Shown here piece by piece: positions 30,001-38,087 of a stretch of DNA of 64,000 nt. Each line of letters starts with the position of its first letter. The stretch's first letter is position 1. The notes under the pieces were generated by a model, which was given only the letters and a program-made list of their open reading frames with translations, had not been told where the DNA came from and did not search any database. Origin of the DNA: a virus. Location: the IMG/VR virus record IMGVR_UViG_3300021406_000012, positions 13,962-77,961 of that record; one strand, written 5' to 3'. The translations under genes and the position numbers were made by a program.

Positions 30001-30120
30001 GGCGTTGAGCCCCGGTGCCGAGGGCGATACTTCTTCGCGCAGATCCAGGGCAATGACCTCGGATCGTTCGTCCGACTGGGGGGCATCAAATTTCGCTGTG
30101 CACCTGACGGGCGCAATTAG
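27067..30120 (+). CDS. Tail nozzle/stabilisation protein (P22 gp10 / T7 gp12 analogue) with inserted beta domains
   Basis: IRWRGGLPEKYGGW, WSLANFG, DPLLVAWCD, WTD.GL, GCGLIG, C-terminal PDGRN. Confidence 0.75.
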   Translation: MPFLTVKIQPGVKTIATPTLLNANIVASNLIRWRGGLPEKYGGWMNFFTNLGTGGGPGAATLPGIVRDMCAWADLDTINHLALGGTNGLTALTPNAAGGPPTVGDIAPRYVLTTSTTAITTDGSTFSSLALDASPPGSMTITLAGNVAASVQVGWRVRCFGSSSAYVIGPTFAIPQGTVVTAIAVAPPPGGGGNVTTITLSQPVAPGFPGTAGAPGPGVQQAAQIVFDSPATIITFTDPSMPSGFNTHCSIQVLNHVWLGDGQILLGTYPVQTVTGGSSGVFTIAAPPGWFYCATPAVLSLQLTNGVTGVAGPPEGIGTFPYTMNIGGSSGLTFPTVGIVPYQAGGTLAIAAPTTFGGVNFEGQFYAITALDVGQNTPMNTGRSFAFSLPNPPSANGNVNEGNLVSPQVAEIIYWLSEPPVGTAHNPRGALGGNPYPPLYGSADYGARWVGGVTSDDWSLANFGSTLLSSPLNGPLFQWDPTAGVPNSAAIGGAPTTCAGFFVGMPEQQIIVYGASYDQVQDPLLVAWCDNANYNVWIANTDNQAGTFRLSRGSKIVGGIQGPQQAMLWTDVGLWVMSYIGYPDVFGFNEVAQGCGLIGKHAVAVYGPQVFWMGRDAFWVYANGAAQRLPCDVWDVIVKNLNNTRNSNGDYIYWGHIRGAANSDYDEVAWHFPSQAATDGENDSFVKFNTVTGEWDYSISTPQQGMVGNTPVRITEWTDHNIFGHPLSVMLGHTVITGVASAGAAAGATTFSLVGGLPAGVLVGMTIADLTNPAAITAGTQLSIVTTQVTLSLPLTANVPVGSLITFVAPSGYPSMTVATSAASASGSSVLSFTTNLAGLAVGWEVFAFAGAIASATTVSSFIASQITVSEPLAANVSAGDQIQFTGWNSSVMQHEMGMDANGSPINWMIQTGFFMLSDGEDKVFVDYMLPDFVWRRWQQPQSVSATVEITLYTADEPDDPNNPWVAYGPFVVTNASGGVEPRCRGRYFFAQIQGNDLGSFVRLGGIKFRCAPDGRN

Positions 30121-30132
30121 GGAGAAGAGCTA

Positions 30133-30450
30133 ATGGCCGATATCGGCGCGGGCGACCTCCAGACGCTGATCTCGACGTTGCAGAACAGCAACAAGCAGTC
30201 CGGCCATATCATCAAAGCCATCGAAGGGGTCGGCAGTTCGTTGGCCAGCTCTTTGAGCGGTAGTATCGGTACGACCGTCGCCCTCGCCGTCTCTCAAGCC
30301 CTCGCCTCGACGAGCACGAGGGCGACGGCCGAGCCATCGTTCGGAGCCACGACAGAGGGCGGGCCTCTCCCGGCTGAGCCGGACGGCTACATCACCATCA
30401 CCATTCCTGGCGTCGGGGATCGCTTCATCCCCTATTACTCGGCGGGGTAG
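30133..30450 (+). CDS. Hypothetical tail-module protein
   Basis: RBS; follows the nozzle gene. Confidence 0.7.
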   Translation: MADIGAGDLQTLISTLQNSNKQSGHIIKAIEGVGSSLASSLSGSIGTTVALAVSQALASTSTRATAEPSFGATTEGGPLPAEPDGYITITIPGVGDRFIPYYSAG

Positions 30451-30455
30451 GCCTC

Positions 30456-31169
30456 ATGCCCGGTTACAATCCATCGTCAATTAGAATCCAGCGCATGCTT
30501 GGCGCGACGGCGCCCATCCGCCCGCCGAAGATGCCGAAACCGATGTCGACGCCGAAGTTCGGCCCCGGGATCAGCGATCGGATGCTGATGCGGCCAGGGC
30601 GCGCCGACGGCGGCGGCATCACCGACAGTCCCGCCTCACCCTTCGCGGGCGGCATCATGTCGACCGGCGCCGGCCGCGCCGACGACGTCCCGATGCATGT
30701 CCCGAACGGGGCCTATGTCATGCCAGCCTGGGCGGTCAGCCATCTCGGCGAGGGGAACACCATCAACGGCATGAGCCAATTGAAGATGATGTTCGGCAGC
30801 CCGTGGGGCGCGCCAAAGACGCCGTTCGGCGCTCCGAGCCCAGCGCTTTCGGTCGGCAAGGGCGTCCCCATGCCGCATCCGAAGCCTCCGCCCATGCACT
30901 TCCAACCGCCGAATTTCTACCCACAGGGCATGTCGGCGGAGAACCCGGCGCTGAGCGACAAGCAGAAGCACGGCGGTGCGGCGGTCGGCGGTGGGGGAGC
31001 GATCCCGATCAACGCGAGCGGCGGCGAGTTCGTGATCGACCCGGACGAGGTTGCGAGAATCGGGGACGGCAACGTCAATAAGGGACACAAGGTCCTCGAC
31101 TTGTGGGTCATGAAGTTGAAGAAAGAGGCAGCCGACACGCTCAAGAAGCTCCCCGGTCCGGCGAAATAG
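30456..31169 (+). CDS. Protein with two GG...D.[VI]P....G[AE][YF]V modules
   Basis: GRADDVPMHVPNGAYVMPAWAV and AIPINASGGEFVIDPDEV. Confidence 0.72.
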   Translation: MPGYNPSSIRIQRMLGATAPIRPPKMPKPMSTPKFGPGISDRMLMRPGRADGGGITDSPASPFAGGIMSTGAGRADDVPMHVPNGAYVMPAWAVSHLGEGNTINGMSQLKMMFGSPWGAPKTPFGAPSPALSVGKGVPMPHPKPPPMHFQPPNFYPQGMSAENPALSDKQKHGGAAVGGGGAIPINASGGEFVIDPDEVARIGDGNVNKGHKVLDLWVMKLKKEAADTLKKLPGPAK

Positions 31170-31179
31170 GAGGCGAGGC

Positions 31180-31746
31180 GTGAAAGAGTTCTCGCGCGAG
31201 CACGAAGCCGAGCTGCGGGACACGCCACCGCGCACCCCGATCCGCTTAGCCGATGACGACGACGAGCTGGGCATCCTCGACATGTGTCGGCTGATGCACC
31301 GAGAGCAGCCCTATCACCCGCTCAACGTCGGCAAGGTGGCGGCGATGATCAGGCTCGCCATCCATCAGGGGCCGGAGCGGCGTGGCATCCTCGGCGTGAT
31401 CGGCGAGCGCGACCATCTCCGGGGCGCGATCTTCCTGCTGATCGAACCAATCTGGTACTCGGACGACTGGCAGCTGCTTGAGTTTTTCAATTACGTGCGG
31501 CCGGAATATCGGCGCGAGGGCTACGCCCAAGATCTCATAGCCTACGCCAAGCGGTGCAGCGATCAGATCGGCATCGACCTAACCATCGGCGTGTTCTCGA
31601 ACATCCGGACCGCCGCGAAGATCCGCCTCTATCGCCGCTGGGTCCCGCAGTTCGGCGCGTTCTTCTGTTACGCGCCCCCGAACCGGAAACCGTTTATCGA
31701 TCGCCTCGCTGAAATGACGCCCGTGAACAAAGTCGCGGCGGAGTAG
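31180..31746 (+). CDS. GNAT-fold acetyltransferase-like protein
   Basis: IRLA...YVRPEYRREGYAQDLI; precedes the ejection genes. Confidence 0.72.
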   Translation: MKEFSREHEAELRDTPPRTPIRLADDDDELGILDMCRLMHREQPYHPLNVGKVAAMIRLAIHQGPERRGILGVIGERDHLRGAIFLLIEPIWYSDDWQLLEFFNYVRPEYRREGYAQDLIAYAKRCSDQIGIDLTIGVFSNIRTAAKIRLYRRWVPQFGAFFCYAPPNRKPFIDRLAEMTPVNKVAAE

Positions 31747-31751
31747 CAACC

Positions 31752-34700
31752 ATGGGCTCGAAGGGCGGCACCACTCAGCAGACATCGACGCAATCCTCGT
31801 CGGGTCCCCCGCCCCAGGTCCTGGCCGAGTATCAAGGTCTCGTCGACCGCGCGACCAACGTCGCGAACCAACCCTATCAGCCCTACCAGGGCGAACAGGT
31901 CGCCCCGCTGGCGTCCCAAACGCTTCAGGGGCTTGGCCAGATCGGGCAGTACGCCAACGCGGCCCAACTTCCCTTATTTGGAGCGAGCGCGGGCACCTCC
32001 CAGGCAATGCAATCGGCGACGGACGAAGCTCTGGGCTCGGCTGGCGCAGCATCGGGCATGACTGGGAATGTGGCGAACGCGGCCATGGGCATGACCGAAG
32101 CCGCCGCCGCGCCCGTCAACGCGCAGCAATTCCAGGGCCAAAGTTCGCTCCAGCCTTTTATGAACCCGTACACGTCCGATGTTGTCCAGGCGACCCAGAA
32201 CGAGTTCAATAATCAGAACCAACAGCAGGCACAGTTTCTCAACAGCGCGAACATAAGTTCAGGCGCGTTCGGCGGCGACAGGGCGGGCGTCAGCCAAGGG
32301 ATTCTGGCCAATCAGCAGCAGCTCGCCGAAGCGCCGACGATCGCCGGCTTGAACCAAGCCAACTTCACCCAGGCCATGCAGGACTGGCAGCAGCAGCAAG
32401 GGGTGAACCTCGGGGCAGCGCAAGCGAATCGCAGCGCCTTGATGGGCGCCGCGAACCAGTACGGAAACCTCGGCCTGACTGCCGCCAACCAGATTGGGAA
32501 CCTCGGCCTAAACGCCGCGCAAGAAGTCGGGAATGTCGGCCTAGCCGGGTCGAACCAGATGGGGCAGATCGGCCTGTCTGAGCAGCAAGCAGGGCTCCAG
32601 GGCGGCCAAGCGCAGATCCAAGCCGGCACGATCCCGCAGACCGAACAGCAGGCGATCGATACCGCCGCCCAGAACATGTACCAGACTGGGCAATCCTATC
32701 CGTTCACCACCACCGGGTGGCTCGGCAACATCATCGAGGGAACCGGGAGCCTCTCCGGCGGCCAGGGCTCAAGCACCACGACCTCTCCTGGGCCGAACGC
32801 GATCACTCAGGGGCTCGGCGCGGCCACGCAAGGCGTTGGGCTCCTGGGCAGCATAATGTCGCTCTCCGACGAGCGCGCGAAGGAGAACATCGAGCCGATC
32901 GGCGAGACCTACGACAATCAGAAAATCTACAGGTACAACTTCAAGGGTGACCCGCGCACCCAGATCGGCTTGCTGGCGCAGGAAGAGGCGTATCACCATC
33001 CAGGCACCGTCCAGCGGATCGGCATGGGCGATCTGCTTGGCATCGACTACGGCGGCGCGACCGAAGACGCGGCCGATCGCGGTCACTTTGCCTCTGGCGG
33101 CGCGCCGCCGGCGAGCATGGCGGGGCTGGGCGCCATGGGCGGGATGGGCGGCGGCGGCGCGATGTCTCCGGGCTCGGACCTCATGTTTAGCGGCGATCCT
33201 GGCGCGCGGATGGGCATGGGCACGTTCGCTCTCATGGGCGGCTCCAATGTCCGTCCGGAACCGACTACGGCCATGTCGCGTCCGCCTGGGTGGGAGCCTC
33301 CATATCAGCCTGCGCCGCAGGCGCCTCCGCCGCAGCAGAATTTGCCACAGTCTTCGTTTCGCCAGTTGCCGCAGTATGGTCTTGGCGGAGGCGAGACCCG
33401 CCCGAGCTTCCAAGGCGGCGGCACGGCCATCACTACCCCAGAGGAAGCCATTCCGATCGGCACAAGCGGCCAATCCAGCTACACCCAAGGCTGGCAGCCG
33501 GGGGATCTCCTGAACCCTGCCGCTGGTGTATCCGAGGCGCTGTTCGGCGAGGCGACGGCAGGGTCGAAGACCCCCTACTACGGGCTCGACCTTGACCAGC
33601 TGAACGCGATCGGCGGCGGGCAATGGATGCCGCCGGACACCAACGCGCCGCAGCCGGACTATGGGAACCTCCAGAACTCGCCGCAGTTCGGCGCGGCCGA
33701 GAAGTCGCTTTCGGGCCTGTTCGGCCCCGGCTACACGCCGGGATCGACCGGCGCTCCGCCTGCGACATCTCCGGTGGCCGCCGCCGCCGCCAAGCCCGCC
33801 GCGCAACAGCAACCAGCGGGGCATTGGCAATCAGTTGGCGGGACGACCACTGGCGGCGCAGCCGGGGGCGAAAACCTGGGCATGGGCGCTCAGATCGGAA
33901 ACGTCTTTCAAAATGAATGGGTGCCCGACCCGGCCGTGTCGACCGTAGCGGCCACCGCCGCGCCGGGGCTCGCGACGGGAAAAGCAGACGGCGGAGGAGT
34001 GAGCATGAGATCCGGCTTCCAGCGCGGCGGCTTCCCGCAATTCACCACCTACCAGCCGACCGCGAACCCGGCGCGCACCCCGCCGACCTATACCGCGCTC
34101 GATCTCTCGCACATGTTCGGCGGCGGGCAGCAGCCGCAGCAAGCGCCGCGCGCCATCCAGATCCAGCGCCAACTCGGGCAGGCGCGCGCCCAGGCGGCGG
34201 CCCAGCGTGGCATCGTGCGGCCTCGCGTCATCGCCCCGGACCCGGTGACCGGCCAGCATCACGACATCACCCCGCCCGACCATCCTTCGACCGCGCGCTA
34301 TCCCGGCTGGCCGACTCCTGGCCCAGGCGGGTCGAGCGCCGCGCCGCAAGGGGGGCCGATGCCGATGGTCCGTTCGCCGCCACTCCAACAGCCCGGTGCG
34401 CCCGGACAGGGGTTCGCATCGCGCGGCCCTGGCATGGGCTATCCGGCCAGGGGCGTCGTCCCGGCCGAGGCGCAAGGAACACCTGAAGCGGGGACGCTGA
34501 CGAATGCGGCGTTCCGTTACCCCATGCCGAAGGTGACGGTGCCGACGACATCCGCGCCTCTTACTCAGGGCGGGCGCGGCATGACGACGGTCGCGCCGCC
34601 GCTTGAGGGCACGCAGGAATGGAACAAGCCTTCGGCCGAGGTCGAGAGCCCCCGCGAGAGCGCCGAATTTTCAGAGGCGGGGCGACCGCTGATGGCGCCC

Positions 34701-37700
34701 AGGCTCATTGGCGCCGATCCTGGCGGGCAGCACACTTTGCTAGGGCCGCACTCGATGCAGGCGCTCCCGCCGCCGTCCGGCGACGAAGCGCCCATGCACA
34801 GTGGCTGGGACGTCGACCTCCCGGGCGTCTTCCGAGGCGGTGGCCAAGGGATCGCCGCCGAGGCGCGCGGCGGGCGGGTTCCTCGCTACTACGGAGGCCG
34901 GATCGGCCGCGATGACGGCGGCTCGATCCCGATCGGCGGTGGCGCGGGCAACGTCATGGAGGCACCCACTGGCACCCCTGCCTCGCCCGATCTCAGCGAT
35001 GTCGATTGGAACTCGATCTTCGGCGGGGACCCAGGCCAGGGAGCGGTTAGGACGCCGGACTTCTCCGCGCTTCCCGATGATATTTTCAACCTCGGCGGCG
35101 GCTCTCCGCAGCGCGCCCAGATCGATCCGCGTGCTGTCGCCCAAGCGCCTAGCTTCCAGGGCGCAGGCGGTGGCGGAGGCGGCGGCCCTCACTTTACCCA
35201 GGTCTCCAACATGGGCGGGCCGCCGATCTCCGCGCTCGATCTCTCGGGCCACTACACGCCGACCACCGGCAACGCGCGCGGCGCAACCTATGTCCCGGGG
35301 GCCGGCGGCGGAGCTGGCGCAGGCATCAGCCCGAACGCGCGCGCTCAAGCGCCGGAGCACCCGGCGATCAAGGTGGCTCGGCACATCTACGCGGCGGGCC
35401 ATGCGGCGGGAAGGGCGGCGGCGCCGTCCAAAGTCGACCCGAACATGGGGCCGATTTGGAGAGCGTCCGACACATCCTATGGGCCGCAGCTCCCCAGCGA
35501 ATATGACGAGTACGGCTACGGCATTGGAGTGAAGCCTTCTCACGGCGGGGCATCGGGCAGCTTCCAGGGCGGCGGCGGCGTCATGGGCTCCTCGCCCGTC
35601 ATGAACGCGGGCGCCTACACCCCGCAGGGCGAGGGCGTGACAGGCCAGACCTCGCAGGGTCGAGGCATGGGCTTCGGAGATCTGTTCGGCGGCGGCGACC
35701 GCGCTGGCTTCCAAACCGGCGGAGAGGCCGGGGTCGATCCGTTCCTGGCGGCGATCGACGCCGCCGTGACGCAGGGGCCGAGAGGACAAGGCCCGCCCCA
35801 GGCGCCCCAGGCGCCCAAGCCGCCGGAGCCGCCGGGGCAGGGGCAGCAACCGGGAGGCGACCTCGGCAAGAACATCCAGAGCCTTACCAGCGGTATCAAA
35901 GGCCTCGGCGGCCAATCGCAAGGCGGGGGCGGGGGCGGGGACGGCTCATCGGGCCTGACCGGCGGCGACCCGAGTGACCTCTCCGGAGGCTGGGGCGACA
36001 TGGCGGGCACGCCGAACATGGACGACGCCTCGCTCGGTCTGTCCATGGGCGATGATTTCGGCTTTGCGACGGGAGGTGGCGTGGGGCTTGGCTCCCTGCG
36101 CGGTGGCTTTTCCGATGGCGGGACGCCGGACCTCGATGCGCTCGATGCCGAGGTTGCAGGGGCTCCGCCCCCTGGCCAAGTAGCGGCCGCTCCCGCGACG
36201 GGCGCAGGCAAAGGAGGCGGAGGCGGGAACGTCTCTGACCTCATCAATCAGAATTTCGGCAATCGAGCGGGATACGCCTCGACGATCTCCTCGCTCGAAA
36301 GCGGCATGGGCAAGAACTATGTCGGCGACGGCGGCTCGTCGTTCGGGCCGTACCAGCTGCATTACGGCGGCGTCAACAAAGCCATGCCGCACCCCGGCCT
36401 GGGCGATGAGTTCACCAAAGAGACCGGCCTCGATGCGCGCGATCCTTCGACCGTGCCGCAACAGATCAAATTCGTTGCGGATTACACCGCCACGCACGGC
36501 TGGCACGATTGGTCGACGAAGGCCCAAGCCGACAAGCTAACGGGCGGCGCGCCGACTGCGGTGGCCGGAGCTGATGTCCCGTCTGCGGCAGCTCAGCCCG
36601 CGAAGGCGAGCACGGAAGCCTACGGCGGCGGCTTCCAGATTCCTCCTGGCCTGGGCAGTCCGCCTCCTGGGCAGCTGAACCGGGCCAATCTTCAGGCGCC
36701 CACCATGGGCGACGAGATCCGGCACGATCCGTTCGGCTACATGATGACGGTTGGCGCGGGGATGATGGCCTCGCGCTCGCCGTGGCTCGGCGTGGGGATC
36801 GGCGAAGGCTTCGAGGCCGGGAACAAATACCTCCAGTCGCAGAAAGAGCTGGAGAAGAGCTGGGGCGAGACGCAGGCGAACATCAACAACATGTCCCAGG
36901 AAGCGCGCGACCGTGGTGCGGACGCGGATCTGAAGGCCCAGCAACTCCAGATCAACGCGATGCAGAACAAGATATACATCGAGATGCTGCGCAACAAGGG
37001 TTTGATCGGCGGCGGTGCGGCGCCCACGCCAGCGGCCTCGCCAGCGCCCACAGGAGGCCCAGGACAGGGTCTCCAGCCTACCCAGCCCCTTCCGGCCCTC
37101 GGCGGCGGATCGGGCTCCAGCGCGGCTCCTAGCGGCCCCAGCGCGCCGTCTGGAGGCGGACCAACTGCGGCGGCTCCTGCTCCTGCCGGCGCACCGTCAG
37201 GCGCAGCCTCGGCGGGCAGTGTCCCCGTCCTCAACGACGACCCGGCCTATAAGGCGGGCACTGACCTGATCGCGCGTGGCAATCTCCAAAACCTCGCCCA
37301 TCCGGGGCTCGGCGATGATCTCATCACGCAAGGCAAGGCCCAGCAGGAAGCCGCGAAAGAAAATTGGCAGAAGCAGGCTGAGATCTCGGCCAAGGGGCAA
37401 GAGGCGGTAACGTCGGCGACGACCGAGGCGCAGAAGCCGGCGCTTCAGGAATACATCACCAACAGGCAGAAGTTCGAGCAGAACTATGACCAGACTCGGA
37501 GCGAAATCTCCGAGCTGTCGAACATCTACCAGCACTTCCAGGCCGGTCGATCAACCGAGGCGCAGGCCGAGCTAGCGAGCTGGGCCAACGCCTTCGGCAT
37601 CAAGCTGCCGCAAGCGGCTGGCTTCGACGCCGGGATGAAGTCGGCGATTCAGCAAGCGTTCGCGGCGGTCGCCAACTCGGGACTCCAGAAAGCGCCGCGC

Positions 37701-38087
37701 GCCGGACTGCGCGAGGCCACGATGATGGTCGCCTCGCCATCGCGCGATCCCGCCGCGCTGCGCAAGATCCTCACCGACCAGCTCGCGACGCTCGATTACA
37801 ACCATGATCTCTACCAGAGCATCCCGGGCCACAATCTGAACGTCGGCGACGACATCGAGGGCTTCACCAAGAAGGCGAAATACGAGGACTATCTTGGCAA
37901 GGCGCGGAAGGAGATCCCGATGTTCAAGGGGATCACGCCCGAGACGCTGAAGACGGCGACCGGCGAGGATTGGCCCGCGCCGGCCCTGCCGAGCGGCCTT
38001 CCGGCGGGGACGCGATATAGCCCGTCGCAGCAGAAGTGGTTCGACCCATCAGGGAGGGCTTACGATCAGAACGGGAAGCCGCTCTAA
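31752..38087 (+). CDS. Giant ejection/pilot protein with an internal peptidase-S74-like domain and a lysozyme/SLT-like domain
   Basis: MGSKGG..T N-terminus; MNPY...V; GAFGG.R; SDERAKENI...YRYNFKG...IGLLAQE; LESG...GDGGSSFGPYQL. Confidence 0.78.
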   Translation: MGSKGGTTQQTSTQSSSGPPPQVLAEYQGLVDRATNVANQPYQPYQGEQVAPLASQTLQGLGQIGQYANAAQLPLFGASAGTSQAMQSATDEALGSAGAASGMTGNVANAAMGMTEAAAAPVNAQQFQGQSSLQPFMNPYTSDVVQATQNEFNNQNQQQAQFLNSANISSGAFGGDRAGVSQGILANQQQLAEAPTIAGLNQANFTQAMQDWQQQQGVNLGAAQANRSALMGAANQYGNLGLTAANQIGNLGLNAAQEVGNVGLAGSNQMGQIGLSEQQAGLQGGQAQIQAGTIPQTEQQAIDTAAQNMYQTGQSYPFTTTGWLGNIIEGTGSLSGGQGSSTTTSPGPNAITQGLGAATQGVGLLGSIMSLSDERAKENIEPIGETYDNQKIYRYNFKGDPRTQIGLLAQEEAYHHPGTVQRIGMGDLLGIDYGGATEDAADRGHFASGGAPPASMAGLGAMGGMGGGGAMSPGSDLMFSGDPGARMGMGTFALMGGSNVRPEPTTAMSRPPGWEPPYQPAPQAPPPQQNLPQSSFRQLPQYGLGGGETRPSFQGGGTAITTPEEAIPIGTSGQSSYTQGWQPGDLLNPAAGVSEALFGEATAGSKTPYYGLDLDQLNAIGGGQWMPPDTNAPQPDYGNLQNSPQFGAAEKSLSGLFGPGYTPGSTGAPPATSPVAAAAAKPAAQQQPAGHWQSVGGTTTGGAAGGENLGMGAQIGNVFQNEWVPDPAVSTVAATAAPGLATGKADGGGVSMRSGFQRGGFPQFTTYQPTANPARTPPTYTALDLSHMFGGGQQPQQAPRAIQIQRQLGQARAQAAAQRGIVRPRVIAPDPVTGQHHDITPPDHPSTARYPGWPTPGPGGSSAAPQGGPMPMVRSPPLQQPGAPGQGFASRGPGMGYPARGVVPAEAQGTPEAGTLTNAAFRYPMPKVTVPTTSAPLTQGGRGMTTVAPPLEGTQEWNKPSAEVESPRESAEFSEAGRPLMAPRLIGADPGGQHTLLGPHSMQALPPPSGDEAPMHSGWDVDLPGVFRGGGQGIAAEARGGRVPRYYGGRIGRDDGGSIPIGGGAGNVMEAPTGTPASPDLSDVDWNSIFGGDPGQGAVRTPDFSALPDDIFNLGGGSPQRAQIDPRAVAQAPSFQGAGGGGGGGPHFTQVSNMGGPPISALDLSGHYTPTTGNARGATYVPGAGGGAGAGISPNARAQAPEHPAIKVARHIYAAGHAAGRAAAPSKVDPNMGPIWRASDTSYGPQLPSEYDEYGYGIGVKPSHGGASGSFQGGGGVMGSSPVMNAGAYTPQGEGVTGQTSQGRGMGFGDLFGGGDRAGFQTGGEAGVDPFLAAIDAAVTQGPRGQGPPQAPQAPKPPEPPGQGQQPGGDLGKNIQSLTSGIKGLGGQSQGGGGGGDGSSGLTGGDPSDLSGGWGDMAGTPNMDDASLGLSMGDDFGFATGGGVGLGSLRGGFSDGGTPDLDALDAEVAGAPPPGQVAAAPATGAGKGGGGGNVSDLINQNFGNRAGYASTISSLESGMGKNYVGDGGSSFGPYQLHYGGVNKAMPHPGLGDEFTKETGLDARDPSTVPQQIKFVADYTATHGWHDWSTKAQADKLTGGAPTAVAGADVPSAAAQPAKASTEAYGGGFQIPPGLGSPPPGQLNRANLQAPTMGDEIRHDPFGYMMTVGAGMMASRSPWLGVGIGEGFEAGNKYLQSQKELEKSWGETQANINNMSQEARDRGADADLKAQQLQINAMQNKIYIEMLRNKGLIGGGAAPTPAASPAPTGGPGQGLQPTQPLPALGGGSGSSAAPSGPSAPSGGGPTAAAPAPAGAPSGAASAGSVPVLNDDPAYKAGTDLIARGNLQNLAHPGLGDDLITQGKAQQEAAKENWQKQAEISAKGQEAVTSATTEAQKPALQEYITNRQKFEQNYDQTRSEISELSNIYQHFQAGRSTEAQAELASWANAFGIKLPQAAGFDAGMKSAIQQAFAAVANSGLQKAPRAGLREATMMVASPSRDPAALRKILTDQLATLDYNHDLYQSIPGHNLNVGDDIEGFTKKAKYEDYLGKARKEIPMFKGITPETLKTATGEDWPAPALPSGLPAGTRYSPSQQKWFDPSGRAYDQNGKPL

